The notes under the pieces were generated by a model that worked only from the letters and a program-made list of their open reading frames with translations, did no database searches and had not been told where the DNA came from. Both the position numbers and the translations under genes were made by a program. Source: an uncultured Chloroflexia bacterium (lineage in GTDB: Bacteria; Chloroflexota; Dehalococcoidia; Dehalococcoidales; RBG-16-60-22). Taken from it: 64,000 nt of DNA. The stretch spans positions 518,056 to 582,055 of the forward strand of contig CAVUAE010000001.1 of the NCBI GenBank assembly GCA_963739395.1, in the 5' to 3' direction. Shown here in pieces: positions 1 to 7,840 of this stretch (positions within the stretch are counted from its first letter, which is position 1; each line of letters begins with the position of its first letter).

Positions 1-781
1 GAAACGTCGCCATGACGTTTGCTTAACTTAGCGCGGTCAGCCCCTACTAATATGGGGTGATGTATGTACATTGGAGGTTCGTAGCCGAGAGCCTGGTACA
101 TCAGCAGATGCCGCGGCGTGCTGGATATCCAGCCTTCATCACGGATGACGTGCGTTATTTTCATAGCTGTATCGTCAACGACATTGGCAAGGTGATATGT
201 GGGATAGCCATCCGACTTCAGCATAATAAAGTCGTCGATATTAGCATTCTCAAAGACAATATCCCCATAAATAAGGTCGTGGAACTTTGTCTGCCCTTCC
301 AGCGGCACTTTAAAGCGGATAACAGGCTTAATACTGGAGGCTTCTTTGGCCGCCCTCTCTGCAAGAGTCAAATCGCGGCAGAGCCGGTCGTAGCCTGATA
401 ACTGCTTACGAGCCTCCTGTTCCTTATGCATCTTTTCCAAGCGCTCCTCGGAACAATAGCACTTGTAGGCGTTGCCCTGCTGTACCATGCGTTCGGCAGC
501 TTGTTTATATAAATCAAGTCGCTCCGACTGAAAATATGGACCATAGTTACCACCGACCCCTATTCCCTCATCCCAATTGAGTCCCAGCCATTTGAGAGCT
601 TCTATATGGGCTTCCACCGAGCCTTCCGCTTTACGGACGACGTCCGTATCCTCAATACGTAGGATGAAAGTACCGCCAGTGTGCCTTGCGAGCAACCAAT
701 CGAACATGGCAGTGCGTATACTTCCCACATGGGGTTTACCGGTGGGACTGGGAGCAAAGCGCACTCTAACAGGAGCAGTCA
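1..781 (-). CDS. gltX: glutamate--tRNA ligase, N-terminal catalytic part (3' end runs off the window)
   Basis: Open-ended, so absent from the ORF track. My translation of the minus strand from the ATG at 781-779 gives MTAPVRVRFAPSPTGKPHVGSIRTAMFDWLLARHTGGTFILRIEDTD...GADRAKLSKRHG. It has a class I HIGH-type (HVGS) motif and a KMSKS-type (KLSKR) motif and a typical GluRS N-terminus. Confidence 0.9.
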
Positions 782-952
782 TGACTAACCTTTCTTACGG
801 ACATATACGCATCCATTCTACCATCCTATTGAGACAAATTTCTATGGTCAGGCTGTGATAAAAGTATTACTCTTTTCACGGCACAGGATATATAATAAAT
901 ACAAATTCAGGGATGCGGGGAGGAGGAAGTCTTAATAGACAAGGGAGGTTAT

Positions 953-1522
953 ATGGCTCAAGAGCAGGATAAGGACACCATTATACAGCAAGGAAAAGCA
1001 GTAACCGTCGTTGTAAGTCGCATGGTATTTCCGGGACACGAGAAAGACTACGAAGAATGGGTAAAGAAACTTGCCGAGGCGGCTAAAGAGTTCCCCGGTA
1101 ATACTGGGGTGACTATCCTCATTCCGTCAAAGGGGCAAGCCGGACTGCATCATGTAGTTATGTATTTCGCTGACGAAAAGTCTCTGCATAAGTGGGAGAC
1201 GTCTTATATCCGCCAAAAGTTATCCCACGAGGCGGACGCTTTCTCTCGCAAGACTCGGCAGGAGCAGTCGGGTCTGGAGACCTGGTTTTCAATACCGGAA
1301 TGTCCGGAACTTGAGACGCCACCACACTGGAAAATGGCTATTGTTACCTTTCTAGCGGTATATGTATTATCTATTATTATCATACCGCTGCTGCATCTGG
1401 CGGAGAAATGGAATTTCTATGTGGAGAGCATTTTAGTTTCGGGGCTACTGGTGGGGGTATTAACTTGGGCAGTGATGCCGTTATTGAGCCGGTATGTTTT
1501 CCGGAAGTGGCTGTATAAATAG
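953..1522 (+). CDS. ABM/Dabb-like domain protein with two C-terminal transmembrane helices
   Basis: 189-aa ORF. The N-terminal ~100 aa resemble ferredoxin-fold monooxygenase-like domains. There are two hydrophobic helices at the C-terminus, and GGGAGG lies just upstream of the ATG. Confidence 0.5.
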   Translation: MAQEQDKDTIIQQGKAVTVVVSRMVFPGHEKDYEEWVKKLAEAAKEFPGNTGVTILIPSKGQAGLHHVVMYFADEKSLHKWETSYIRQKLSHEADAFSRKTRQEQSGLETWFSIPECPELETPPHWKMAIVTFLAVYVLSIIIIPLLHLAEKWNFYVESILVSGLLVGVLTWAVMPLLSRYVFRKWLYK

Positions 1523-1535
1523 GAGCAAGAAAAAT

Positions 1536-1558
1536 AAGAGGGGCTTAACGCCCCTCTT
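1536..1558. terminator. bidirectional intrinsic terminator hairpin between convergent genes
   Basis: AAGAGGGGC-ttaac-GCCCCTCTT forms a 9-bp stem. It is preceded by an A-run and followed by a T-rich tract. It sits between the stop of 953..1522(+) and the stop of 1564..2775(-). Confidence 0.65.
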
Positions 1559-1563
1559 TCGTT

Positions 1564-2775
1564 TTATTCTTCTTTTTTGGGCGGTGGGGGAGGTGGGGGT
1601 GGTCCGGGAGGCCCAAAGGGCATCGGGGAGTAAAGGGCTGTATGGACTTTTTTCAGCCAATCCGGGATGTTTATTTTCTGGGGGCATTTTTCCAGGCATT
1701 CATTACATTCAATACACTTATCCGCCTTCTGGTCCTGCGGGATGCCGAAGGGTCCATTATACATGAACTTGCCGCTCATGATATCGTCGTACATAATGGC
1801 GTCGTTATAAAGCTGGAAGACGCGCGGGATTTCTACTTTGTTAGGACACGGCTGACAGTAGCGACATTGGGTGCAAGCGATGGGACTTAAACTCTTATAA
1901 GCTGCCTTTATCTTTTTAACCACGGCAAGGTCGTCCGTCTTAAGCGTATTGGGTCCTTTAAAACGGCTAGCGATTTTCACATTCTCCACTACCTGTTCCA
2001 TCGTGCTCATGCCGCTTAAAGTGACGGAGATTTCCGGCTGGTTCCAGAGCCAATTAAACCCCCATTCTACGAGTTTTATCTGGCGTTTGGCTTCTTTCAA
2101 GACCTTAGCGATGGGGTCGGGTGGGGGGTCTTTCGCCAGCTTGCCGCCGCGGAGGGGCTCCATGATGACTACGGCTAATCCCTTAGAGGCGGCGTATTCC
2201 ACGCCCTTACGCCCAGCCTGCTCGTGCTCATCCATATAGTTGTACTGTACCTGGGCTAAAACCCAGTTATCGTAACCGTCAACGATTTCTTTAAAGGCAT
2301 CGAAGTTATCATGGAAGGAAAAACCCAGGCGTCCTATTTTACCTTGCGCCATCTGCTTTTCCGCCCAGTTAAGGACATCCCATTCATGTACCTTAGCCCA
2401 ACCCATTTTACTCAAACCGTGTAGAAGATAGAAGTCGATTTTATCAATATCGAGTTTCTTAAGCTGCTCGCCTAAAATACGGTCGATGTCATCGGCTTTT
2501 TGCATCATATTGATGGGCAACTTTGTAACGACCTTCATCTTTTCACGATAACCGTCTTTAAGCGCTTTACCGACCGCTACCTCGCTTTGACCCATGTGGT
2601 ACATGTAAGCGGAGTCGATATAGTTGACGCCGTTATCAGCGGCGTAGCGAATCATCTTAATGGCTTCAGGCTCGTTGATTTTTGACTGGTCGGGTCCAAG
2701 CGTCGGCAAGCGCATAGCGCCGAAGCCGAGGGCGGAAACTTTCCAGTCTAGCTTGCCGAATTTACGATATTGCAT
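1564..2775 (-). CDS. aldo/keto reductase fused to a C-terminal 4Fe-4S ferredoxin-type domain, ending in a polyproline tail
   Basis: 403 aa. The N-terminus MQYRKFGKLDWKVSALGFGAMRLP is AKR-like. C-terminal Cys clusters are CTQCRYCQPCP and CIECNECLEKCP. The last residues are PFGPPGPPPPPPPPKKEE. Confidence 0.8.
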   Translation of the reverse strand: MQYRKFGKLDWKVSALGFGAMRLPTLGPDQSKINEPEAIKMIRYAADNGVNYIDSAYMYHMGQSEVAVGKALKDGYREKMKVVTKLPINMMQKADDIDRILGEQLKKLDIDKIDFYLLHGLSKMGWAKVHEWDVLNWAEKQMAQGKIGRLGFSFHDNFDAFKEIVDGYDNWVLAQVQYNYMDEHEQAGRKGVEYAASKGLAVVIMEPLRGGKLAKDPPPDPIAKVLKEAKRQIKLVEWGFNWLWNQPEISVTLSGMSTMEQVVENVKIASRFKGPNTLKTDDLAVVKKIKAAYKSLSPIACTQCRYCQPCPNKVEIPRVFQLYNDAIMYDDIMSGKFMYNGPFGIPQDQKADKCIECNECLEKCPQKINIPDWLKKVHTALYSPMPFGPPGPPPPPPPPKKEE

Positions 2776-2877
2776 AAAAATCTCCTACTAAAAAAAATAT
2801 TATAACGCGATATATCGAGATAGCTCTAATCCGTATTTAATCACTTTTTTAAAAGAGATGCAAATGAGGCGAATAAA

Positions 2878-3774
2878 TTAGCTTATTTCTCTTAATACCT
2901 TCTCCAAATCCGGCGGCAGTGACGAGCCGAACTCAACAAAGGCGCCAGTGGAGGGTAAGCGGAAGCCTATTTTGCTGGCGTGTAGGAACTGGCGGGGAAA
3001 CTTGGAGGATTTTAAACCGTAAGTGGTATCGCCAACGACGGGAAAGCCGATAGCTGCCAGGTGTACTCTTATCTGGTGTGTGCGGCCGGTTTCCGGTTTG
3101 ATTTCCAGCAAAGAATACTTGCCGATATATTTAGTGACACGATATTCCGTGCGCGCTTCCCGTCCTTTGGCGACGATAGCCATACGCTGACCGTGAGACG
3201 GGTCGCGGCCAATAGCCGCTTCGATGGTGCCTTTTTCCGGCGTGATTCTCCCCTGCACCAGCGTGATATAAGTCTTTTTAATAGTACGGTTCTTAAACTG
3301 CTGCATGAGATTCGCCTGTGCCTGGCGGTTTTTCGCCACCAGCAGAAGACCTGATGTATCTTTATCTAGGCGGTGGACGATGCCAGGTCGCAGCGAATCG
3401 GTATCTTTCGCCAATGTAGGCAGGTAGTTTAAAATGGCGTTAACAAGCGTATGCGAAGGGTGGCCGGGGGCGGGGTGTACTGGCAAGCCTGCCGGTTTAT
3501 CCACTACCAGCAGGTCGGCATCTTCATAAACGATGTTAAGAGGGATATTCTCCGGTTCTAAATGGGACGAAGGTTCGGGGGGAATAACGACATTAACTTT
3601 ATCGCCTATAGTAAGCTTGAGGCTTGGTTTGACTATCTTATCATTGACGGTGACATAGCCGTCCTGTATAAGCTGTTGGGCATGTGTACGCGAAAGCTCC
3701 GAACACTTTTCCCCGACAAATTTATCGAGGCGGAGTCCCGTCACGTCAGCAACGAAAGAATATTCCCCGCTCAT
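2878..3774 (-). CDS. rluD: RluA-family 23S rRNA pseudouridine synthase (RluD-like) with S4 domain
   Basis: 298 aa with the catalytic motif HRLDKDTSGLLLVAK and an N-terminal S4-like RNA-binding segment. It lies downstream of lspA, as in many bacteria. Confidence 0.85.
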   Translation of the reverse strand: MSGEYSFVADVTGLRLDKFVGEKCSELSRTHAQQLIQDGYVTVNDKIVKPSLKLTIGDKVNVVIPPEPSSHLEPENIPLNIVYEDADLLVVDKPAGLPVHPAPGHPSHTLVNAILNYLPTLAKDTDSLRPGIVHRLDKDTSGLLLVAKNRQAQANLMQQFKNRTIKKTYITLVQGRITPEKGTIEAAIGRDPSHGQRMAIVAKGREARTEYRVTKYIGKYSLLEIKPETGRTHQIRVHLAAIGFPVVGDTTYGLKSSKFPRQFLHASKIGFRLPSTGAFVEFGSSLPPDLEKVLREIS

Positions 3775-4628
3775 TCTTTTCTTTTCGTTAAGCCGGAATA
3801 GAAAATGAGGCGATAGGCGATGATGATAACGCCGATAGATATCGACATATCCGCTATATTGAAAGCAGGCCAGACTTTAAAATCGAGATAGTCGGTGACA
3901 AATCCCTGCCAGATGCGGTCGATGATATTATTACCAATCGCACCGCCTAATATTAAACCCAGCCCTACCCGCACCCACATACTTTGGAGGAAGGACCACC
4001 GACTGCGAACAAGAAAAACCAGGAGCAGGATAACTACAACGCCAACCGCCGCAGCGATGATAAAAAACAGCTGATGACCCGCAAAGATGCCAAAAGCCGC
4101 GCCGGTATTTTGCACATGCATGATACGGAAAAAACCAGCGTCGTAAAACACTTCTCCAGAGGCAAGATTAGCCCTGATTAATGCCTTAATGATTTGGTCG
4201 GCAATGATAACGAAAGCGGCGACGCTGCCGAAAATGATATCCCGCCATTTATCTTGGGGGCGGAGTTGTTTTGCATTCTTAGCCAACAACGCTTTGCATT
4301 TCAGACATAGGGTTGCCTGCGGTAATACTTCTAACCGTTCAGGGTCGATGGGCTTACCGCAATTATCACATAATCCATAAGTGCCCTTCTTGATTTTATC
4401 CAGGGCATGCTCGACTTTAGCCATTTCCTGGCGGATGCGATTCTCTAAGGCAAGGCGTTTTTCCAACTCGAGGGTTTCCGTGGCTTCTTCTTCCCGCTTG
4501 CCAAAAGGACTCCCCTCACGCCGTTCTTCAGCGGTAGACGCATTGGTATGCAACTGTGTTAACTCGTTGGTAAGGCGTTTATATTCTGTTTCCAGTTGTT
4601 CATGTTGTTTCTTAAATTGTTCAGTCAT
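3771..4628 (-). CDS. lspA: fusion protein: N-terminal DksA/TraR C4 zinc-finger domain plus C-terminal lipoprotein signal peptidase II
   Basis: Continuous 285-aa ORF. Residues ~1-120 are coiled-coil plus CDNCGKPIDPERLEVLPQATLCLKC (CxxC-x17-CxxC). Residues ~130-285 are LspA-like, with GNNIIDR and FNIADMSI catalytic Asp motifs and four TM helices. Confidence 0.8.
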   Translation of the reverse strand: MTEQFKKQHEQLETEYKRLTNELTQLHTNASTAEERREGSPFGKREEEATETLELEKRLALENRIRQEMAKVEHALDKIKKGTYGLCDNCGKPIDPERLEVLPQATLCLKCKALLAKNAKQLRPQDKWRDIIFGSVAAFVIIADQIIKALIRANLASGEVFYDAGFFRIMHVQNTGAAFGIFAGHQLFFIIAAAVGVVVILLLVFLVRSRWSFLQSMWVRVGLGLILGGAIGNNIIDRIWQGFVTDYLDFKVWPAFNIADMSISIGVIIIAYRLIFYSGLTKRKE

Positions 4629-4963
4629 ACCTGCCTCCGGTTCCTTGACTTAATCGAGAAAGGCTTTTTGACTATCACCTAACCCTATCAATATATGTTA
4701 TTACATGCGAAAATTTTAAGGAAAACGGAAAAAACGCTTGATTAGTATAAAATAATCACCGAACAACTAAAGGCATCGGGCAACCGCCGGCACCGGGAGG
4801 TGACAGCTACGTACAAATTAATCCCCGATTTAGCTTCCGATGAATGAAACATACCCACAGTGTAAACTATTTATCTCATTTGGTCAATGGCTTTCCGCCC
4901 GATTTTTGAAAAAATATTATATATAAGTACTAGAAAAGACAATAGACTCAAAATATGTAGTGA

Positions 4964-5233
4964 TTACACGTTTGTCACTCGCCCATATTTAACTTTCGCG
5001 AATACCAGCCAGCTATTTAAGACAATACCAATAGAATTCCAGATAATCAGGGGAACAAGACCGAATACAATGCCATAAATAAGCCACAATATGACACCAA
5101 ATAACATCGAAGTGGTAAAGATAAGACTTATTTCATGGGCACTTTTAAGTTTATAAACGCGGATGATTTGTGGCACAACGGCGAAACTAGTGAAAATACC
5201 GGCAACAATGCCCAGATATTCTAAAGGAGACAA
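4964..5233 (-). CDS. SemiSWEET / PQ-loop family small sugar transporter
   Basis: 89 aa with three TM helices and a PQ motif in helix 1 (FAVVPQIIRVYK), as in bacterial SemiSWEET proteins. Confidence 0.7.
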   Translation of the reverse strand: MSPLEYLGIVAGIFTSFAVVPQIIRVYKLKSAHEISLIFTTSMLFGVILWLIYGIVFGLVPLIIWNSIGIVLNSWLVFAKVKYGRVTNV

Positions 5234-5432
5234 AGAACAACCTCCTTATTCGTGTAAGTATGAACATCTAATTTTAGCATAACATGAGTAAATAACTCTA
5301 AATTCTACTCTATAAGTGAGAGCTACGAAGTTGGGGGATTACACCCAATCATATTAGGTGATATCATTCTCCGTGTTAATCAAGTATAGATGTAATATTT
5401 AATCGTATGAGAAAACGCTAAAAAGGTAAAAA

Positions 5433-5993
5433 ATGCAAATATCTAAGAGTAAAGTACGTGTAGAATCGATAAAACCCACGTCCTCACCTAAAGGTAGCCC
5501 CCAAAAACAGTCAGCCGCTAGTAATGTCATTACGCCTAAGACGCCATCGTCGGTCAAAGGGTCACCTAAGCCTACACTGCAACCTGTAAAAACACCGGCA
5601 GCAGGATATAATGACAATTTTTTAACTTTACAAAACATGTTAGCCAGCGCTAAACAGGAATTAGAATTAATCCGTAGGATGAGAGCCGACACTATCAAAT
5701 ACCAGCAGCAAACAGCCACCAAAGCCCGCAGCGAAGCCCACCAGCTTGTTCTTAATGCCCGACTATCAACACAGCGGGAAATTGAAGAGGTTATCCGCCA
5801 AGCGAGCGAGGAATTACAAAAAGTGCTGGCGGATATTCGCGTAATCCGTATAACAGCGCAGGAAGAGCTTGCCACGCAGCGTAGATATACCGATGCCGCC
5901 AAGCTAAACAGTCTTTCGCTCTCGTTCCAAAAGGCTTTTCAAAATGCTATCGAACACGACGTAGAGAAAAAGCCGGAAATCGTTAAGCCTTAA
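5433..5993 (+). CDS. hypothetical protein: Pro/Ser/Lys-rich N-terminus plus coiled coil
   Basis: 186 aa with KGSP repeats at the N-terminus, then a long heptad-like helix (ELELIRRMRADTIKYQQQTATKARSEAHQL...). The overlapping minus ORF 5399..5902 is Cys/Ser-rich junk. Confidence 0.5.
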   Translation: MQISKSKVRVESIKPTSSPKGSPQKQSAASNVITPKTPSSVKGSPKPTLQPVKTPAAGYNDNFLTLQNMLASAKQELELIRRMRADTIKYQQQTATKARSEAHQLVLNARLSTQREIEEVIRQASEELQKVLADIRVIRITAQEELATQRRYTDAAKLNSLSLSFQKAFQNAIEHDVEKKPEIVKP

Positions 5994-6132
5994 AACAAAC
6001 GCCCAATATCCTCCACAAACCAGTTATCCCACCGCTTTTCCTTTCCTCCTCTTTAAACCCTGGGATGTCTTTTTTTAAACACTCACCTTTTAAGCTTTGT
6101 GACGATACACTGCTTGCGGTAAAATGTGATTA

Positions 6133-6789
6133 ATGACCATTATAGAAAATGTCCGACAAATACTCGCCGAGCTACCAGAGGGTGTAAAGCTCGTCGCCGC
6201 CGCTAAAACAAGAAGTCCGCAGGAAATTTTAGAAGCAGTTGAGGCAGGTATTAAGATTGTCGGGGAAAACTATGTGCAGGAAGCAGAGGAGGCTTACCGT
6301 GTCATCGGCAACAAAGTCGAGTGGCATTTCATCGGACACCTCCAGCGAAATAAGGTCAAAAAAGCCGTCGAGATTTTCGACATGATAGAGACGGTTGACT
6401 CCATAGATATAGCTCAAGAAATTGATAAAAGATGTCAGCGAATCGGTAAGGTAATGCCAGTGCTGGTGGAGATAAATAGCGCGTGGGAGGCGCAAAAGGC
6501 AGGGGTCAAGCCCGAGGACGTTCTAGAGCTAATTACGGAAATAGCAAATCTGAAGAATATCAAGGTGATGGGGCTAATGACCATGGGGACGGCGACAGGA
6601 AAACCAGAGGAATTGCGGGTAAATTTCCGCGATACAAAAAGGATTTTTGAGGAGTTAAGGAAAAAGTCACTTCCGAACGTAGAAATGAAATACCTTTCCA
6701 TGGGCATGACAGACTCTTATAAAATCGCTCTGGAAGAAGGCGCCAATATCGTCAGGATAGGCAGTAAGATATTTGGCGCTAGAGGTTAG
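6133..6789 (+). CDS. yggS: YggS/YlmE-family pyridoxal-phosphate homeostasis protein
   Basis: 218 aa. It shows typical YggS features: AAAKTRS (PLP lysine region), WHFIGHLQRNK and LSMGMTDSYKIALEEGANIVRIGSKIFG. Confidence 0.85.
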   Translation: MTIIENVRQILAELPEGVKLVAAAKTRSPQEILEAVEAGIKIVGENYVQEAEEAYRVIGNKVEWHFIGHLQRNKVKKAVEIFDMIETVDSIDIAQEIDKRCQRIGKVMPVLVEINSAWEAQKAGVKPEDVLELITEIANLKNIKVMGLMTMGTATGKPEELRVNFRDTKRIFEELRKKSLPNVEMKYLSMGMTDSYKIALEEGANIVRIGSKIFGARG

Positions 6790-6801
6790 CGTCCGCGGGG
6801 G
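6786..6801. repeat. left copy of a 16-bp direct repeat, TTAGCGTCCGCGGGGG
   Basis: Exact 16-mer also found at 7825..7840. This copy contains the yggS TAG stop at 6787-6789. Confidence 0.9.
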
Positions 6802-7824
6802 GTACTAAGGTAAAATGGGGTTATTGGGGGAAAGGGAATAATAATGAAGTGACAAAAAGAGAAATAAAATACGTTGTTTGACTATTGTCCCTTTTGTTAT
6901 TTATGTGTTAAAATCATTGTTACGTTATGAAAAATTATAATATTTGGGACATCATAACTACTATCGCTGCTATTATTGCAGTAGTGATGTCTCTATTAGC
7001 ATTTTTTCAAGCTAATAATGCCAATAACTTAGCTGCTGAGGCAAACAAAATAGCCATCAATTCAAATCAAATAGCCATCATTGCTAACCAAATATCTTCA
7101 AACGCAAGTAAATTAGCTAATGAAGCGAATAATATAGCTCTTAAAGCTAATCAATATTATCGTGAATCTTATGTTCCAATGATAAATGCTATCATTATTT
7201 CGGATTTTCACGAAGAAGAAAATATATGGACTAATACTGTAGAAATCAAGAATGTAGGACAACCACTAAACAATATCCGTTGTTTTTCGTATTCAATATT
7301 AGAAATATCCTGCGATAATACTTCGTCAAAGACCTATTTACGTTTGTTTAATTATTTTAGTAATATTGGGAATTATACAGGAAATGGCCAAGGCTTGCTA
7401 TATACTAATGGGCTGAAGAGTAATGAGTCCAAATATGTTAAAGTAGCTGACGATTTTTCTTCTACTGCATATTTTTCTGGAAATACACTTGTATATATTA
7501 GGAATATCATCCTTTTAAAAATATCTTATACCGATACTTTTGGTGAGTATTATGAAACATATCTGGAATCAGGAATTGATGGCAATTTTCGAGATACAGA
7601 CAAACTAGAAGCACAAAATTTATTAGACCAAGTATTGGAATATTATACAATATTTTTTAAATATGCTGTTCCTATTCCAGAAACAGGCTATTCAATAGAA
7701 ATCCCGGTACCTGTCTTAGTACAACCAGTTCTTGATTATTTAGATGGAACTAAATTGTGGAATTGGTATAAAACGGAAATATTAAAAAAATAGATTACTA
7801 CATTTTACTTACTGATAGTTGTGA
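6802..7824. mobile_element. AT-rich ~1-kb insertion (single cargo ORF, no recombinase) between the direct repeats
   Basis: Bounded by the 16-bp direct repeat. Sampled 60-nt lines inside give 22/60 and 16/60 G+C, versus 32/60 in the adjacent loader gene. Confidence 0.6.
6927..7793 (+). CDS. hypothetical membrane-anchored protein (cargo of the AT-rich insertion)
   Basis: 288 aa with an N-terminal TM helix (IITTIAAIIAVVMSLLAFF) and an Asn/Ala-rich repeat segment ANKIAINSNQIAIIANQISSNASKLANEANNIALKANQ. The ~200-aa C-terminal domain has no motif I recognise. There is no SD; TGTTAAAAT ends 12 nt upstream of the ATG. Confidence 0.55.
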   Translation: MKNYNIWDIITTIAAIIAVVMSLLAFFQANNANNLAAEANKIAINSNQIAIIANQISSNASKLANEANNIALKANQYYRESYVPMINAIIISDFHEEENIWTNTVEIKNVGQPLNNIRCFSYSILEISCDNTSSKTYLRLFNYFSNIGNYTGNGQGLLYTNGLKSNESKYVKVADDFSSTAYFSGNTLVYIRNIILLKISYTDTFGEYYETYLESGIDGNFRDTDKLEAQNLLDQVLEYYTIFFKYAVPIPETGYSIEIPVPVLVQPVLDYLDGTKLWNWYKTEILKK

Positions 7825-7840
7825 TTAGCGTCCGCGGGGG
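7825..7840. repeat. right copy of the 16-bp direct repeat, TTAGCGTCCGCGGGGG
   Basis: Identical to 6786..6801. It contains the stop (TTA = TAA on the minus strand) and the last codons (..PRGR) of the loader gene. Confidence 0.9.

Noticed and set aside
4770-4845. Possible riboswitch-like element in the 330-nt gap between SemiSWEET and the dksA-lspA gene. ATCGGG at 4775 can pair with either CCCGAT at 4824 or CCGATG at 4837, and a GC-rich CCGCCGGCACCGGGAGG core is present.
   Set aside because: The stems are only 6 bp. I could not match it to any riboswitch consensus I know (fluoride, ZTP, preQ1 and guanidine were considered), and there is no downstream gene on the plus strand. It needs a covariance-model scan (Rfam) before anything is claimed.
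5399-5902. 167-aa minus-strand ORF overlapping the 5433..5993 plus-strand ORF.
   Set aside because: Its product is Cys/Ser/Leu-rich and non-protein-like. The plus-strand frame gives a coherent disordered N-terminus plus a coiled coil, so I kept the plus ORF.
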